Made by a program: the position numbers and the translations under genes. 24,000 nucleotides of DNA. Origin: Methyloferula stellata AR4 (GTDB taxonomy: Bacteria > Pseudomonadota > Alphaproteobacteria > Rhizobiales > Beijerinckiaceae). Shown one piece after another: positions 7,879 to 17,800 of the stretch. The notes under the pieces were generated by a model, which was not told the origin of the DNA, did no database searches, and saw only the letters and a list, made by a program, of their open reading frames with translations. Every line of letters begins with the position of its first letter. Position 1 is the stretch's first letter. The stretch covers positions 426,081 through 450,080 of the forward strand of contig NZ_ARWA01000001.1 in assembly GCF_000385335.1 (NCBI RefSeq), read 5' to 3'.

Positions 7879-9944
7879 TCATCGGAACCGCCGGCCATAT
7901 CGATCATGGCAAGACAGCTCTGGTCAAAGCCCTGACCGGCGTGGATGCCGACCGCCTCAAGGAGGAAAAGGCACGCGGCATGACCATCGACCTCGGCTTC
8001 GCCTATTTGCCAACCGAGGCCGGACCCATTCTGGGTTTTGTCGATGTGCCCGGCCATGAGCGTTTCGTGCATACGATGCTGGCTGGCGCAAGCGGGATCG
8101 ACTTCGTCCTTCTCGTGGTCGCGGCGGATGATGGCGTCAAACCGCAGACCTTGGAGCATCTCGCGATCATCGACCTGCTCGGGATCAAGCGTGGTCTGGT
8201 GGTTCTGACAAAGGCCGATATCGCCACGCCCGAGCGGCTGGCAGATGTCGAGAACCAGATAAGGGCGGTGATCGCCGGAACGGTGCTCGAGAGCGCCGGC
8301 ATACTGCCGTTTTCGGCCGTCACGGGACAAGGTCTCGACGCCTTGCGCACCCGCCTTATCGCCGCCGCCTCCGACCCCGTGGACCGCGCGGCAGACGCGC
8401 GCTTCCGTCTCGCGGTCGATCGCGTCTTTACCCTCTCAGGCGTCGGCGTCGTCGTGACCGGCGCTGTGCTCTCAGGGTCGGTGCAAGTCGGCGACCATGT
8501 GCTCATCAGCCCATCCGGCCGCGCGGCGCGGGTGCGCTCGCTGCACGCTCAGAATAGTGAAGCGCAGATTGGCGGGGCAGGCGAACGCTGCGCTCTCAAT
8601 CTGGTGGGCGAGGACATCAACAAGGAAGCAATCCAGCGCGGCGACGTCGTGCTCGATCCAAAATTGCATGCGCCGACCGATCGCATCGATGCGAGATTGC
8701 GCCTGCTTCCGGGCGAGACGAAACCGGTCGGCCAATGGTTTCCGGTGCGGCTCCATCACGCCGCGGCGGAGGTCGGCGCGCGTATCGTCGTGCTCGCCGA
8801 CGAGCCGATCCAGGCGGGAGCCGTGGCAGATATCCAACTCGTGCTCGAACGGCCGATCGCCGCCGCGCAGCAGGATCGCTTTGTCATTCGCGACGCATCG
8901 GCGCAACGCACGATCGGCGGCGGCCGGTTCATCGACTTGCGTCCGCCTGCGCGGCGGCGGCGCACGCCGGAACGCCAAGCACAGCGCGCGGCTCTTGCCA
9001 TCGCCGATCCGCGTGCCGCTTTCGCGGCCCTGCTCGCGACGCCGCCCTATGCATGGGATTTGGCCGGCTTCGGTCGCGACCGCGCTTTGACAGCCGCGCA
9101 GACGCAGCGGCTTGCCGATGAGCTGGGACTCGTTCTCCTCGACAATGGCGTGTCTCGCATCGCAATCTCGCCTGCGCGGTGGCAGATGTTCGTGGCGAGC
9201 CTCATAGATCAGCTTGCTACCTTCCACGCCGAGACCCCCGATCTTCAGGGCATCGGCCGCGAGAAGCTGCGTCTGCTTTTACAACCGAGGCTCACTACGC
9301 CGGCCTTCGTCATCGCCTTGCAAAAAGCGGCCCTGACCGGCGAAGTGGTTCTCGACGGTGCGTTCGTCCGGCTTTCAACGCATGCGGCGCGTTTTACGCC
9401 GAAGGACGAAGCGGCCTTTGCCGCGATCGCGCCGCAGCTCGGCGGCGCGGACCGGTTTCAGCCGCCGCGCGTGCGCGACATCGCAAAGGCGATGCCGCAC
9501 CCAGAGGCCGACGTCAGGCGCCTGCTCAAACTCGCTGGGCGCATGGGTCTGGTCGATGAGGTGGCGCATGACCATTTCTTCCTGCGGCCGACCGTCCATG
9601 AAATGACGGCAATGATTGAAAGTGTAGCCGCCGATGGAGATGGCGTCTTCGCCGCCGCGCAGCTCCGTGACCGCTTGGCCAACGGCCGCAAGGTGGCGAT
9701 CCAGATCCTTGAATTTTTCGACCGGCACGGCGTCACGCTCCGTCAAGGCGATCTGCGCCGCGTCAATAAACATCGGTTGGATCTGTTCGGCCCCGCCGGG
9801 CTTTCATCCGCCGATCAACATGGAAGAGAATCGTCCCTGGTGGGGCGTTCGGACTTCAAATCCGAGTGGGGCTGCGAGCCTGTCTCAGGTGGGTTCGACT
9901 CCCACTCTCTTCCGCCAGCCTTCTCCCGGAGCGGATCTCGATGA
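7875..9944 (+). CDS. selB: Selenocysteine-specific translation elongation factor SelB (ORF continues through the tRNA-Sec gene)
   Basis: [46 protein letters not shown]...[48 protein letters not shown]-type TKAD, and C-terminal winged-helix sequence [35 protein letters not shown]. Recognisable SelB sequence ends around codon 640. The ORF has no stop until TGA 9942-9944. Confidence 0.95.
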   Translation: MIIGTAGHIDHGKTALVKALTGVDADRLKEEKARGMTIDLGFAYLPTEAGPILGFVDVPGHERFVHTMLAGASGIDFVLLVVAADDGVKPQTLEHLAIIDLLGIKRGLVVLTKADIATPERLADVENQIRAVIAGTVLESAGILPFSAVTGQGLDALRTRLIAAASDPVDRAADARFRLAVDRVFTLSGVGVVVTGAVLSGSVQVGDHVLISPSGRAARVRSLHAQNSEAQIGGAGERCALNLVGEDINKEAIQRGDVVLDPKLHAPTDRIDARLRLLPGETKPVGQWFPVRLHHAAAEVGARIVVLADEPIQAGAVADIQLVLERPIAAAQQDRFVIRDASAQRTIGGGRFIDLRPPARRRRTPERQAQRAALAIADPRAAFAALLATPPYAWDLAGFGRDRALTAAQTQRLADELGLVLLDNGVSRIAISPARWQMFVASLIDQLATFHAETPDLQGIGREKLRLLLQPRLTTPAFVIALQKAALTGEVVLDGAFVRLSTHAARFTPKDEAAFAAIAPQLGGADRFQPPRVRDIAKAMPHPEADVRRLLKLAGRMGLVDEVAHDHFFLRPTVHEMTAMIESVAADGDGVFAAAQLRDRLANGRKVAIQILEFFDRHGVTLRQGDLRRVNKHRLDLFGPAGLSSADQHGRESSLVGRSDFKSEWGCEPVSGGFDSHSLPPAFSRSGSR
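9822..9917 (+). tRNA. selC: tRNA-Sec (anticodon TCA at 9856-9858), CCA encoded
   Basis: GGAAGAGAATCGTCCCTGGTGGGGCGTTCGGACTTCAAATCCGAGTGGGGCTGCGAGCCTGTCTCAGGTGGGTTCGACTCCCACTCTCTTCCGCCA. 8-bp acceptor (GGAAGAGA/TCTCTTCC), 6-bp D stem (CGTCCC/GGGGCG) with 4-nt loop, 5-bp anticodon stem (TCGGA/TCCGA) with loop CTTCAAA, long variable arm (TGGGGC/GTCTCA), 5-bp T stem (GTGGG/CCCAC) with TTCGACT loop, discriminator G, CCA. This is the bacterial 8/5 tRNA-Sec architecture. Confidence 0.97.
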
Positions 9945-11008
9945 CGGAAAGCGCATCCATGTCCCAATCGCCCCCTCGCCTGACCGATTTGGCGCATGGC
10001 GGAGGCTGCGGGTGCAAGCTTGCCCCATCCGTGTTGCAGCAGCTTCTCGCCAATCAGCCGCAAGCGGGCCCCTTTGCGAATCTTCTCGTCGGGACGGAGA
10101 CAGGCGACGACGCGGCTGTCTGGCAGATCGATGACGAAAACTGCGTCATTGCCACCACCGACTTCTTCATGCCCATGGTCGATGATCCGCGCGATTTCGG
10201 CCGCATTGCCGCGGCCAATGCTCTGTCCGACATCTACGCCATGGGCGGAACGCCGATCATGGCGCTGGCGGTCCTGGGAATGCCGCTCGACAAGTTGCCG
10301 GTGGAGACGGTGCGCGCGATCCTGCAAGGCGGTGCCTCGATCTGCGCCGAGGCCGGCATTCCGGTCGCAGGCGGACATTCGATCGATTCCGCCGAGCCGA
10401 TCTACGGCCTCGCCGTGATAGGCCTATGCAAACCGGGCAACATAAGGCGCAATTCCGGCGCCCGCCCCGGCGATGTGTTGATCCTGACCAAGGGGATCGG
10501 CATAGGCATCTATTCGGCGGCGTTCAAAAAGCAGAAGCTCCCCGATGATGCCTATGCCGAGATGATGGCCTCGACCACTCTGCTGAACCGCATCGGTCAT
10601 AAGCTCGCGCATGACGGGGATGTGCATGCCATAACGGACGTGACCGGCTTCGGGCTCCTCGGCCATGGTCTTGAACTGGCCCGCGGCGGCAACGTCAGCC
10701 TCGACATAGACTACAAGCGCATCCCGTTTCTGACGCAGGCGGAAGCTCTCGCTGAGGCGGGATTTGCCACCGGCGCATCGGGACGCAATTGGACGAGCTA
10801 TGGGGACGGGGTCGTCTTGCCGGCGGACTTGCCGGCCTGGAAGCGCGCCCTGCTCACCGATCCGCAAACCTCGGGCGGACTGCTCGTCGCCTGCGCGGCG
10901 GATCGCGCTGAGTCTATTAGAACTGCCATCGAGGCCGCGGGTTATCCGCGCGTCAGCATCATCGGGTCGGTCGCACAAGGCGAACCGGCGATCCGCATCG
11001 CACATTAG
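9941..11008 (+). CDS. selD: Selenide, water dikinase (selenophosphate synthetase), Cys form
   Basis: ORF 9866..11008 with likely start ATG 9941 (GGAG at 9928-9931), giving [36 protein letters not shown]. The catalytic motif is GGGCGCK (Cys, not Sec). Other motifs: [96 protein letters not shown]. Confidence 0.96.
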   Translation: MTESASMSQSPPRLTDLAHGGGCGCKLAPSVLQQLLANQPQAGPFANLLVGTETGDDAAVWQIDDENCVIATTDFFMPMVDDPRDFGRIAAANALSDIYAMGGTPIMALAVLGMPLDKLPVETVRAILQGGASICAEAGIPVAGGHSIDSAEPIYGLAVIGLCKPGNIRRNSGARPGDVLILTKGIGIGIYSAAFKKQKLPDDAYAEMMASTTLLNRIGHKLAHDGDVHAITDVTGFGLLGHGLELARGGNVSLDIDYKRIPFLTQAEALAEAGFATGASGRNWTSYGDGVVLPADLPAWKRALLTDPQTSGGLLVACAADRAESIRTAIEAAGYPRVSIIGSVAQGEPAIRIAH

Positions 11009-11022
11009 CTTTGGGGGGATCA

Positions 11023-12135
11023 ATGACCACAGCGCGCCAGCCCCATCCGGCATCAGATAATTTGGAGCCGGATGCGGGCGGAAAACCGGTTCCCACTTTT
11101 CCTCATCCAGCTCTGGGATGGATAACCTTTCTCCTGATCGCGGTCTTGGGCCTCTTCTACGTGAAGTGGTTCCCCTACTATAATCGCGCCTTTGTCGCCG
11201 CGGCCAATCATTCGATCGGTCAATCCATTTTGATGGGCAAGGCCGCAAGTCCGCCGGCTCCTTCGCTCAGCGCCGCGCTCGATTATGCGTTCGCCTATGG
11301 CAAGGCGATCTGGCAGGCCATGGTGCTCGGCCTGCTGCTCGGTTCCGCCATCCAGGCCTTGCTGCCCGTCAATTGGGTCGCGAAACTTTTGGGCCGGACG
11401 AGTTTCGGCAGTGTCGCCGCGGGCGGTTTATTGGCGCTCCCCGGTATGATGTGCACTTGCTGCGCGGCGCCTGTCGTCGTCGGGCTGCGCGAGCGTCAAG
11501 CGTCACCCGGCGGGGCGATCGCGTTCTGGCTCGGCAATTCTGTGCTGAACCCGGCGACGCTTGTCTTCATGGGTTTCGTGCTCGGCTGGGATTGGACGGC
11601 CTTGCGCCTCGGCCTCGGCATTTTGATGGTGTTTGGGATCGGCTATCTGGTGAACTTGATGGTCACGCCGCAAGAAGCCACGGCGGCGCAGACGCAACTC
11701 GCGGAATTGACCGAAAAACCGCAGACATCCGGCACCTTCACGCGGTGGATGCAAATCCTGGCGCGCATGTCGGTGCGGCTGATTCCCGAATACATCATAC
11801 TGGTCCTGGCACTGGGCGCGGCGCGCGCCTGGCTTTTTCCTTTTGTCGGACCGGAGGTCAGCAATCATATCGGATGGATCGCGGCACTCGCGGTCGCAGG
11901 CGCGATCTTCGTCATCCCGACCGCTGGCGAAGTGCCGATCGTTCAGGCGATGCTTGCGCTCGGCGTGGGCGTCGGACCCGCTGGCGCATTGCTGATGACG
12001 CTGCCGCCGATCAGCGCGCCGTCGCTCGCGATGCTCGCCCGCTCCTTCCGGCCGCAAGTGCTCGCCTTCGTTTCGGCCTCGGTCGTCGGCTTCGGGCTCG
12101 CCGCCGGCCTGCTTGCGATCGCGTTGAAATTTTAG
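11023..12135 (+). CDS. Predicted permease, YraQ/DUF318 (ArsP_1-like) family
   Basis: Probable start ATG 11023 preceded by GGGGGGA (track start TTG 11011), 14 bp after the selD stop. Multi-span membrane protein with the family-like motif LPGMMCTCCAAPVVVGLRERQASPGGAIAFWLGNSVLNPATLVFMGFVLGW and a second half GEVPIVQAMLALGVGVGPAGALLMTLPPISAPSLAML. Confidence 0.82.
   Translation: MTTARQPHPASDNLEPDAGGKPVPTFPHPALGWITFLLIAVLGLFYVKWFPYYNRAFVAAANHSIGQSILMGKAASPPAPSLSAALDYAFAYGKAIWQAMVLGLLLGSAIQALLPVNWVAKLLGRTSFGSVAAGGLLALPGMMCTCCAAPVVVGLRERQASPGGAIAFWLGNSVLNPATLVFMGFVLGWDWTALRLGLGILMVFGIGYLVNLMVTPQEATAAQTQLAELTEKPQTSGTFTRWMQILARMSVRLIPEYIILVLALGAARAWLFPFVGPEVSNHIGWIAALAVAGAIFVIPTAGEVPIVQAMLALGVGVGPAGALLMTLPPISAPSLAMLARSFRPQVLAFVSASVVGFGLAAGLLAIALKF
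11061..11117 (+). repeat. Dispersed repeat copy A, located inside the permease coding sequence
   Basis: tttggagccggatgcgggcggaaaaccggttcccacttttcctcatccagctctggg aligns without gaps to tttagagcgggacgcgggcggaaaaccgctcacacttttcctcatcccgctctagag (14721-14777), with roughly 10 mismatches by eye over 57 nt. Confidence 0.72.
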
Positions 12136-12142
12136 ATACGGA

Positions 12143-13072
12143 TTATCCGGCAAGCAGCAGCGGATTTGGCGCGTGGCGCGACCAGCCCGCCTCGCCGACG
12201 AGAATGTCGAGCCCCAATGTCGCGAGGTCGTCGGCGAAAGGATCGACGTTGATATCCTTTGTTTGATAGAGCATTTTCGCGTAGCTGTGGCATTCGTTGC
12301 AGGTCTCGGCCTTGACGGCGCCTGAATCGCCTTCGATTCCCTCCTGCATCAAGGAGCGCGCCTCGCCGCAGGTGATGCAAACGGCGCGCACATGGTTCCA
12401 TGCCGTAGAGCAGAGCGAACAATAAAGATAACGCGTGCCCGGCGTCTTGCCCGACGCGGTCACCACGCCGGAAACCGGCGTCGAGCCGCAGCAGGGACAA
12501 AGCCCGCGCTGCGGCAACAGCGACAAGGACGGCGCGGGCAAACGAGACGCCAGGCTCGTGAAATAGACTTGCAGAGCCGCCGCCACATAGAGCGCGGCGC
12601 CCGCATCGGAAGGATCGACGCTGCCATGCAGGAAGCCGTCGGCGAGAGCTTCGACCGCTTCCGGCGCATAAGCCCGCAGCTTCGCCATCTCTGCCAAGGC
12701 TTCCGGTGGCGCGGCACTCTTGTCGAGCTCATCGAGCACAAGAGCCAGTCCGTTTCGCCAGACGGGGTCGCGCCGATGGCCGTCGGCCGCGAGAGGTGGC
12801 ATGCCCGCTTCGACCGCTTGCTCCACCGCGGCGAGATCCGGCCCGGCGAACGGCCCGAGCTTCGTTGCGGCAAGGTGCTGAGCCTTCGCAAGTTGCGCCA
12901 TGAAGCGCAGCCATTCCTCCAATGGATGGCCGGCCGACAGAACCTCCAGCCGGGCGGCGGTCCGGGAAAATCGCGTCGCGAGGTTGGGCAGGATCAGCGC
13001 GTCGGGCGCCGTGACGCCGCCCTGCGGATCGCCGATCCAGACGCCTTGAGAACCAACTTCGCCTTGTCTCAT
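12143..13072 (-). CDS. fdhE: Formate dehydrogenase accessory protein FdhE
   Basis: 309 aa with rubredoxin-like CxxC motifs typical of FdhE: GLCPCCGSTPVSGVV, YLYCSLCSTAWNHVRAVCITCGEA, AETCNECHSYAKMLYQTKDINVDPFADDLATLGLDILVGEAGWSRHAPNPLLLAG. Confidence 0.93.
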   Translation of the reverse strand: MRQGEVGSQGVWIGDPQGGVTAPDALILPNLATRFSRTAARLEVLSAGHPLEEWLRFMAQLAKAQHLAATKLGPFAGPDLAAVEQAVEAGMPPLAADGHRRDPVWRNGLALVLDELDKSAAPPEALAEMAKLRAYAPEAVEALADGFLHGSVDPSDAGAALYVAAALQVYFTSLASRLPAPSLSLLPQRGLCPCCGSTPVSGVVTASGKTPGTRYLYCSLCSTAWNHVRAVCITCGEARSLMQEGIEGDSGAVKAETCNECHSYAKMLYQTKDINVDPFADDLATLGLDILVGEAGWSRHAPNPLLLAG

Positions 13073-13096
13073 CGACGCCGCCTCATGCGTTGCTTC

Positions 13097-13771
13097 TCAT
13101 CTGCGCGGCGCGTCGCTGTGGGCGCGCGGCGTCGGCCCGCGGGAGCCACTTGCCGCCAGCCCTCTGAACCACTTGCGGTGGTGCCGCCACGCCCAGCCCG
13201 GCGTCACATAGCCCTGCGTCATCGCCCGAAGCGAGCCTTTGACCCAGATCGCGGCATAGACATGGATGATCCACACGAGGATCGCCGCTATTGCCGCGAG
13301 ACTATGGATCAGGACCGCGACGCGTTGCGTTTCGATCGAGGTGTAAGTCGAGAAATAATATTCCCAGATTACCAGGCCCGTAAAGAGCAGCACTGGCACG
13401 AGCAGCGCCATCGACCAGAAGACGAATTTTTGGCCAGCATTGAAACGGGGGACTTCCGGAACATTTTCTTCTTCGTTCACCAGCACACGATTGATCGCGC
13501 GAAGCCAGGCGATATCGTCGCGGCTCCACATATTGTCGCGCCAGAACTGTACGATCAGCCCGGCATAGCTGATGAACAGCACGATGCCGATCCACGGATG
13601 GATCGCCCGCGTCTGTTGACCGCCGCCAAAGAGTGCCGACAAGAAAAACAGCGACGGGTCGAACATCGAAAGCCCGGAGAGCAATAGAAGGACGAAGCAG
13701 CCGCCGGTGATCCAGTGGTTGACCCGGGTGAGGGTCGGATTGCGGATCAATGTTCCTCTGGGATAGGTCAT
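13097..13771 (-). CDS. fdnI: Formate dehydrogenase-N gamma subunit (cytochrome b556)
   Basis: The start ATG at 13771-13769 overlaps the fdnH stop (ATGA). [63 protein letters not shown]...[24 protein letters not shown]...[49 protein letters not shown]. The ORF-track upstream extension to 13870 is unlikely to be used. Confidence 0.93.
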   Translation of the reverse strand: MTYPRGTLIRNPTLTRVNHWITGGCFVLLLLSGLSMFDPSLFFLSALFGGGQQTRAIHPWIGIVLFISYAGLIVQFWRDNMWSRDDIAWLRAINRVLVNEEENVPEVPRFNAGQKFVFWSMALLVPVLLFTGLVIWEYYFSTYTSIETQRVAVLIHSLAAIAAILVWIIHVYAAIWVKGSLRAMTQGYVTPGWAWRHHRKWFRGLAASGSRGPTPRAHSDAPRR

Positions 13772-14694
13772 TGTGCAGCATCCTTCACGCTTGGCGGCTC
13801 CTCGCGAAGCAGGCGCTGCGCTTCCGTTTCGTCCTCCGGCTGCACCTCGTTCGGCCCGACGGTGATCCAATGCATGAAGCCGGAGATGGCAGCGAAGGCG
13901 ATGCCGGCCAGAGCCACGGGCTTCAGAAGTCCTTTCCAGATCGAGACGAAGACGCTGATATGCGGGTCCTTAGGCAGGCCCGCGTAGATCGTCGGGTCGT
14001 CGGCATGCTGCAAAACATACATGACATGCGTGCCGCCCACGCCCGGCGGATCATAGAGGCCGGCATTGGCGAAGCCGCGCGACTTGAGATCGACGATACG
14101 CTCCCCCGCCCATGTCGTCATGTCGGTCTTCGACCCGAACATGATCGCGCCAGTGGGGCATGACTTGACGCAGGCCGGTTCCAACCCGACCGAGACCCGA
14201 TCCGAGCACAGGCTGCACTTGTAGGATTTGTGATCCTCCGGACTGATGCGGGGAATGTTGAACGGGCAGCCTTTGACGCAATAGCCGCATCCGATGCAGG
14301 CGTCGCTGATGAAATCGACGATGCCATTGGCATGTTGCACGATCGCGCCGGGCGCCGGGCACGCCTTGAGGCAGCCAGGGTCCTCGCAATGCATGCAGCC
14401 GTCCTTGCGGATCAGCCATTCGAGATTGCCCTTGTCATCCTCCCATTCGGTGAACTTCATCACCGTCCAGGTGTTCTGATCGAGGTCGAGCGGATTATCG
14501 TAGGTGCCTTCGAAATATCCGACCTCGCCGCGCAGATTGTTCCACTCCATGCACGCCGACTGACAGGCCTTGCAGCCGATGCAGCGCGACACGTCGATCA
14601 GTTTCGCGACCTCCTGCTCGTGATCGCGAACCGACGGCGGCGTCAGGGTCGACGCCGAGCGCCGGATGTAATCTTGCGATTGCAGATCTGCCAT
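13768..14694 (-). CDS. fdnH: Formate dehydrogenase-N beta subunit (4 x [4Fe-4S], C-terminal membrane anchor)
   Basis: 308 aa: [93 protein letters not shown], and TM segment [33 protein letters not shown]. Confidence 0.95.
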   Translation of the reverse strand: MADLQSQDYIRRSASTLTPPSVRDHEQEVAKLIDVSRCIGCKACQSACMEWNNLRGEVGYFEGTYDNPLDLDQNTWTVMKFTEWEDDKGNLEWLIRKDGCMHCEDPGCLKACPAPGAIVQHANGIVDFISDACIGCGYCVKGCPFNIPRISPEDHKSYKCSLCSDRVSVGLEPACVKSCPTGAIMFGSKTDMTTWAGERIVDLKSRGFANAGLYDPPGVGGTHVMYVLQHADDPTIYAGLPKDPHISVFVSIWKGLLKPVALAGIAFAAISGFMHWITVGPNEVQPEDETEAQRLLREEPPSVKDAAQ

Positions 14695-14720
14695 CGACGG
14701 CTCCTTACATCACGATGATT

Positions 14721-14819
14721 TAGAGCGGGACGCGGGCGGAAAACCGCTCACACTTTTCCTCATCCCGCTCTAGAGCATGATCCCAAAAAGCAGCAGACTT
14801 TTTGGACAGGATCATGCGG
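14721..14819 (+). repeat. Intergenic repeat copy B plus adjoining imperfect palindrome (between fdnG and fdnH)
   Basis: The first block (14721-14777) carries terminal inverted AGAGCGGGA/TCCCGCTCT-like arms. It is followed by nested palindrome CATGATCC (14778-14785) CAAAAAG-CAGCAGA-CTTTTTG-GACA GGATCATG (14811-14818). Confidence 0.8.
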
Positions 14820-14870
14820 TTAAACGACTGCTTAAAGCGTGCTCACCATTCAACTTGAAACGACGCCGCT

Positions 14871-17800
14871 TTAAGCGACGGGCGGTGTCGTCTTCTCGAT
14901 GTTTACAAGGAATGCCTTGAATTCAGGGGTCTGCGTATTGGCATCGCCGACCGACGGCGTGAGCGTATTGGCGCCATAGCCCTTGCGGGCCTGGCCGGTG
15001 AAGCCCCAATGCAGCGGCACGCCGATCACATGGGTTGGTTTTCCGTCCACCATCAGCGGACGGATACGTTTGGTGACATAGGCCTTGCACACGATCACCC
15101 CGCGCTTCGACGTCAGGCGGACCCATCCGGCCTGCGTAATTCCCTTTTGCTTCGCTAGGACCTCGCCGATCTCGATGAATTCCTCCGGCTGGAGAATCGC
15201 GTTGATTAGCGCGTGCTTGGTCCAGAAGTGGAAGTGTTCGGTCAGCCGGTAGGTGGTCGCGACATAGGGGAAATCCGCCGAGGTTCCGAAGTCCGCCCGG
15301 TCGTCGGCGAATACGCGCGCCGCGGGGTTGGTGCTGACCTTGGGGTGCAGCACATTGGGCGACGGCGATTCAAACGGTTCGTAATGTTCCGGGAACGGTC
15401 CCTCGACCAATTGGTCGCGCCCAAAAAGCCGCCCGACTCCTTCAGCATTCATGATGAAGGGACCGACCGCATCGGAAGGTTTCGTCGTCGGCGCGTAGTC
15501 GGGCACATCGATGCCGACCCATTTCGTGCCGTTCCATTCGATGATCGGCTTCTCTGGGTTCCAGGGTTTGCCGGCCGGATCCGCGCTGGCACGGTTATAG
15601 AGAATCCGGCGGTTGGCCGGCCAGGCCCAGGCCCAGTTCGGCGCAATGCCTTGCTCGCGCGGGTCGGTCGCATCGCGGCGCGCCATCTGATTGCCCTTCT
15701 CGGTGTAGGAGCCCGAGAAGATCCAACAGCCTGACATGGTCGTGCCGTCGTCGCGCAATTGCGCGAAACCATCCAGCAATTGACCGGCGCGTAATGTCGT
15801 TGCACCCGTGGCGTCCTTGATATCGACCAAGGCGCGACCGTTCATGTCCTTCGCCAATTCCTCCGGATTCGGATCGACCGGATTCGTGTAATTCCAGGTC
15901 AGGTTCAGGAGCGGGTCTGGAAACGCGCCGCCGTCCTTGCGATACATTTCACGCAGCCGATGGAAGATGCCGGACATGATCCAGATGTCGCTCTGCGCTT
16001 CGGCTGGCGGCTCTGCGGCCTTCCAATGCCATTGCAGCCAGCGCGACGAATTGACGAGCGAGCCGTCCTCCTCGGCGAAACAGGTTGTCGGAAGCTGGAA
16101 GACCTCGGTCTGGATCGAGGCCGGATCGGACGGGTTCTGCGGACCGAAATTTTCCCAGAACCTCGATGTCTCCGTGTCGAGCGGATCCATCACGACGAGG
16201 AATTTCAGCTTGCCCAGCGCCTTGCGGATCTTGCCTCTGTCCGGAAATGCCTGCAGCGGATTGAAGCCCTGGCAGATGTAGCCGTTCATCTCGCCATTCG
16301 CCATCATCTCGAAGGCTTTTATGATGTCGTAGAGCGGGATATCGAGCTTCGGCAGCCAATCATAGGCCCAGTCATTGTCCGGCTGTGCAGCGTCGCCGTA
16401 GATCGCCTTCTGGAAGCTGACGAAGAACTTCCGATAGTTCTGCCAGTAACTGGTTTGTCCGGGACGCAGCGGCTTAAAGAGCCGCTTCTTCATATAGTCC
16501 TCGAAACTGGTCTCCTTATCGCTCGGAAGCGTGAGATAACCCGGCATCAGGTTTGACAGAAGGCCGATATCGGTCAGCCCCTGAATATTGGAATGACCGC
16601 GCAAAGCATTCATCCCGCCGCCGGCGATACCGATATTGCCCAGCAGGAGCTGGACCATCGCCATAGCGCGAATATTCTGAGTCCCTATCGAATGCTGGGT
16701 CCAGCCGAGTGCGAACATGCTCGTCAACGCCTTGTCGGGCGCGGAGGTCGAGGCGAACAGTTCGCAGATCTGCAGATATTTATCGCGCGGGGTGCCGCAG
16801 ATACGCGACACCATTTCCGGCGTGTAGCGGTCTACATGCTGGCGAAGCAGGTTGATGACGCAGCGCGGGTTCTGCCACGTGTCGTCGATCTTGGCAAAGC
16901 CGTTCTCGTCGAGTTCGTAGTCCCAGCTTGACTTGTCGTAGGCGTGCTTATCCGCTTCGTAACCGGTAAACAGCCCATCCTCGAAGCCGTAGCCTTCCTT
17001 CACGATCAGGCCGGCATTGGTATAGGCCCGCACATATTCGTGCTGGATCGCATCCTTCTCCAGAAGATAGCGCATCATGCCGTTGAGGAACGCGATATCG
17101 GTTCCCGGACGGATCGGCGCATAGACATCGGCGACCGCTGCCGTGCGCGTAAAGCGCGGATCGATTACGACGAGCTTGGCCGCGTTCTCGATCTTTGCCT
17201 CGACCACCCATTTGAAACCGCACGGATGCGCTTCGGCGGCATTGCCGCCCATGACCACAACAACATCGGCATTCTTGATATCCTGCCACGTGTTGGTCAT
17301 TGCACCGCGACCGAATGTTGGGGCCAGACTGGCCACCGTCGGTCCGTGTCAGACGCGTGCCTGGTTGTCGAAGACCACCATTCCGAGGGCTCGGGCGACC
17401 TTCCATGTCACATAAGCCGTCTCGTTCGACGACGCGGAGGCCGCCAGCATGCCCGTGCTGAGCCATCGGTTGACCGTCGTGCCGGCGGAGTCCTTGGGGA
17501 TGAAGTTCGCGTCGCGATCCTGCTTCATCAGCGTCGCTATGCGGCTCAATGCGAAATCCCACGAGACCTGCTTGAACTCGCTGCTGCCGGGCGCCCGATA
17601 TTGCGGATACTTCAACCGTGTGGGCGCATGCACGATATCGAGCAGAGCCGAGCCTTTGGGGCAAAGCGTGCCGCGGTTCACGGGATGGTCCGGATCACCT
17701 TCGATATGGATGATGTCGGATTTGGCGTTCTTCGCGCGGTCGCCAAGACTGTAAATCAGGATGCCGCAGGCAACCGAGCAATAGGTGCAGGTGTTGCGGG

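Noticed and set aside
9866-9940. Upstream extension of the selD ORF ([25 protein letters not shown])
   Set aside because: It would start inside the tRNA-Sec gene. The ATG at 9941 with an upstream GGAG gives a normal SelD N-terminus.
12392-13687. 431-aa plus-strand ORF
   Set aside because: Antisense to fdhE and fdnI, which have clear family motifs. The translation is Arg-rich without domains.
14230-14694. Plus-strand ORF of 162 aa opposite fdnH, and similar ORFs at 15213-15734 and 15960-16556
   Set aside because: Shadows of fdnH/fdnG codons in GC-rich DNA.
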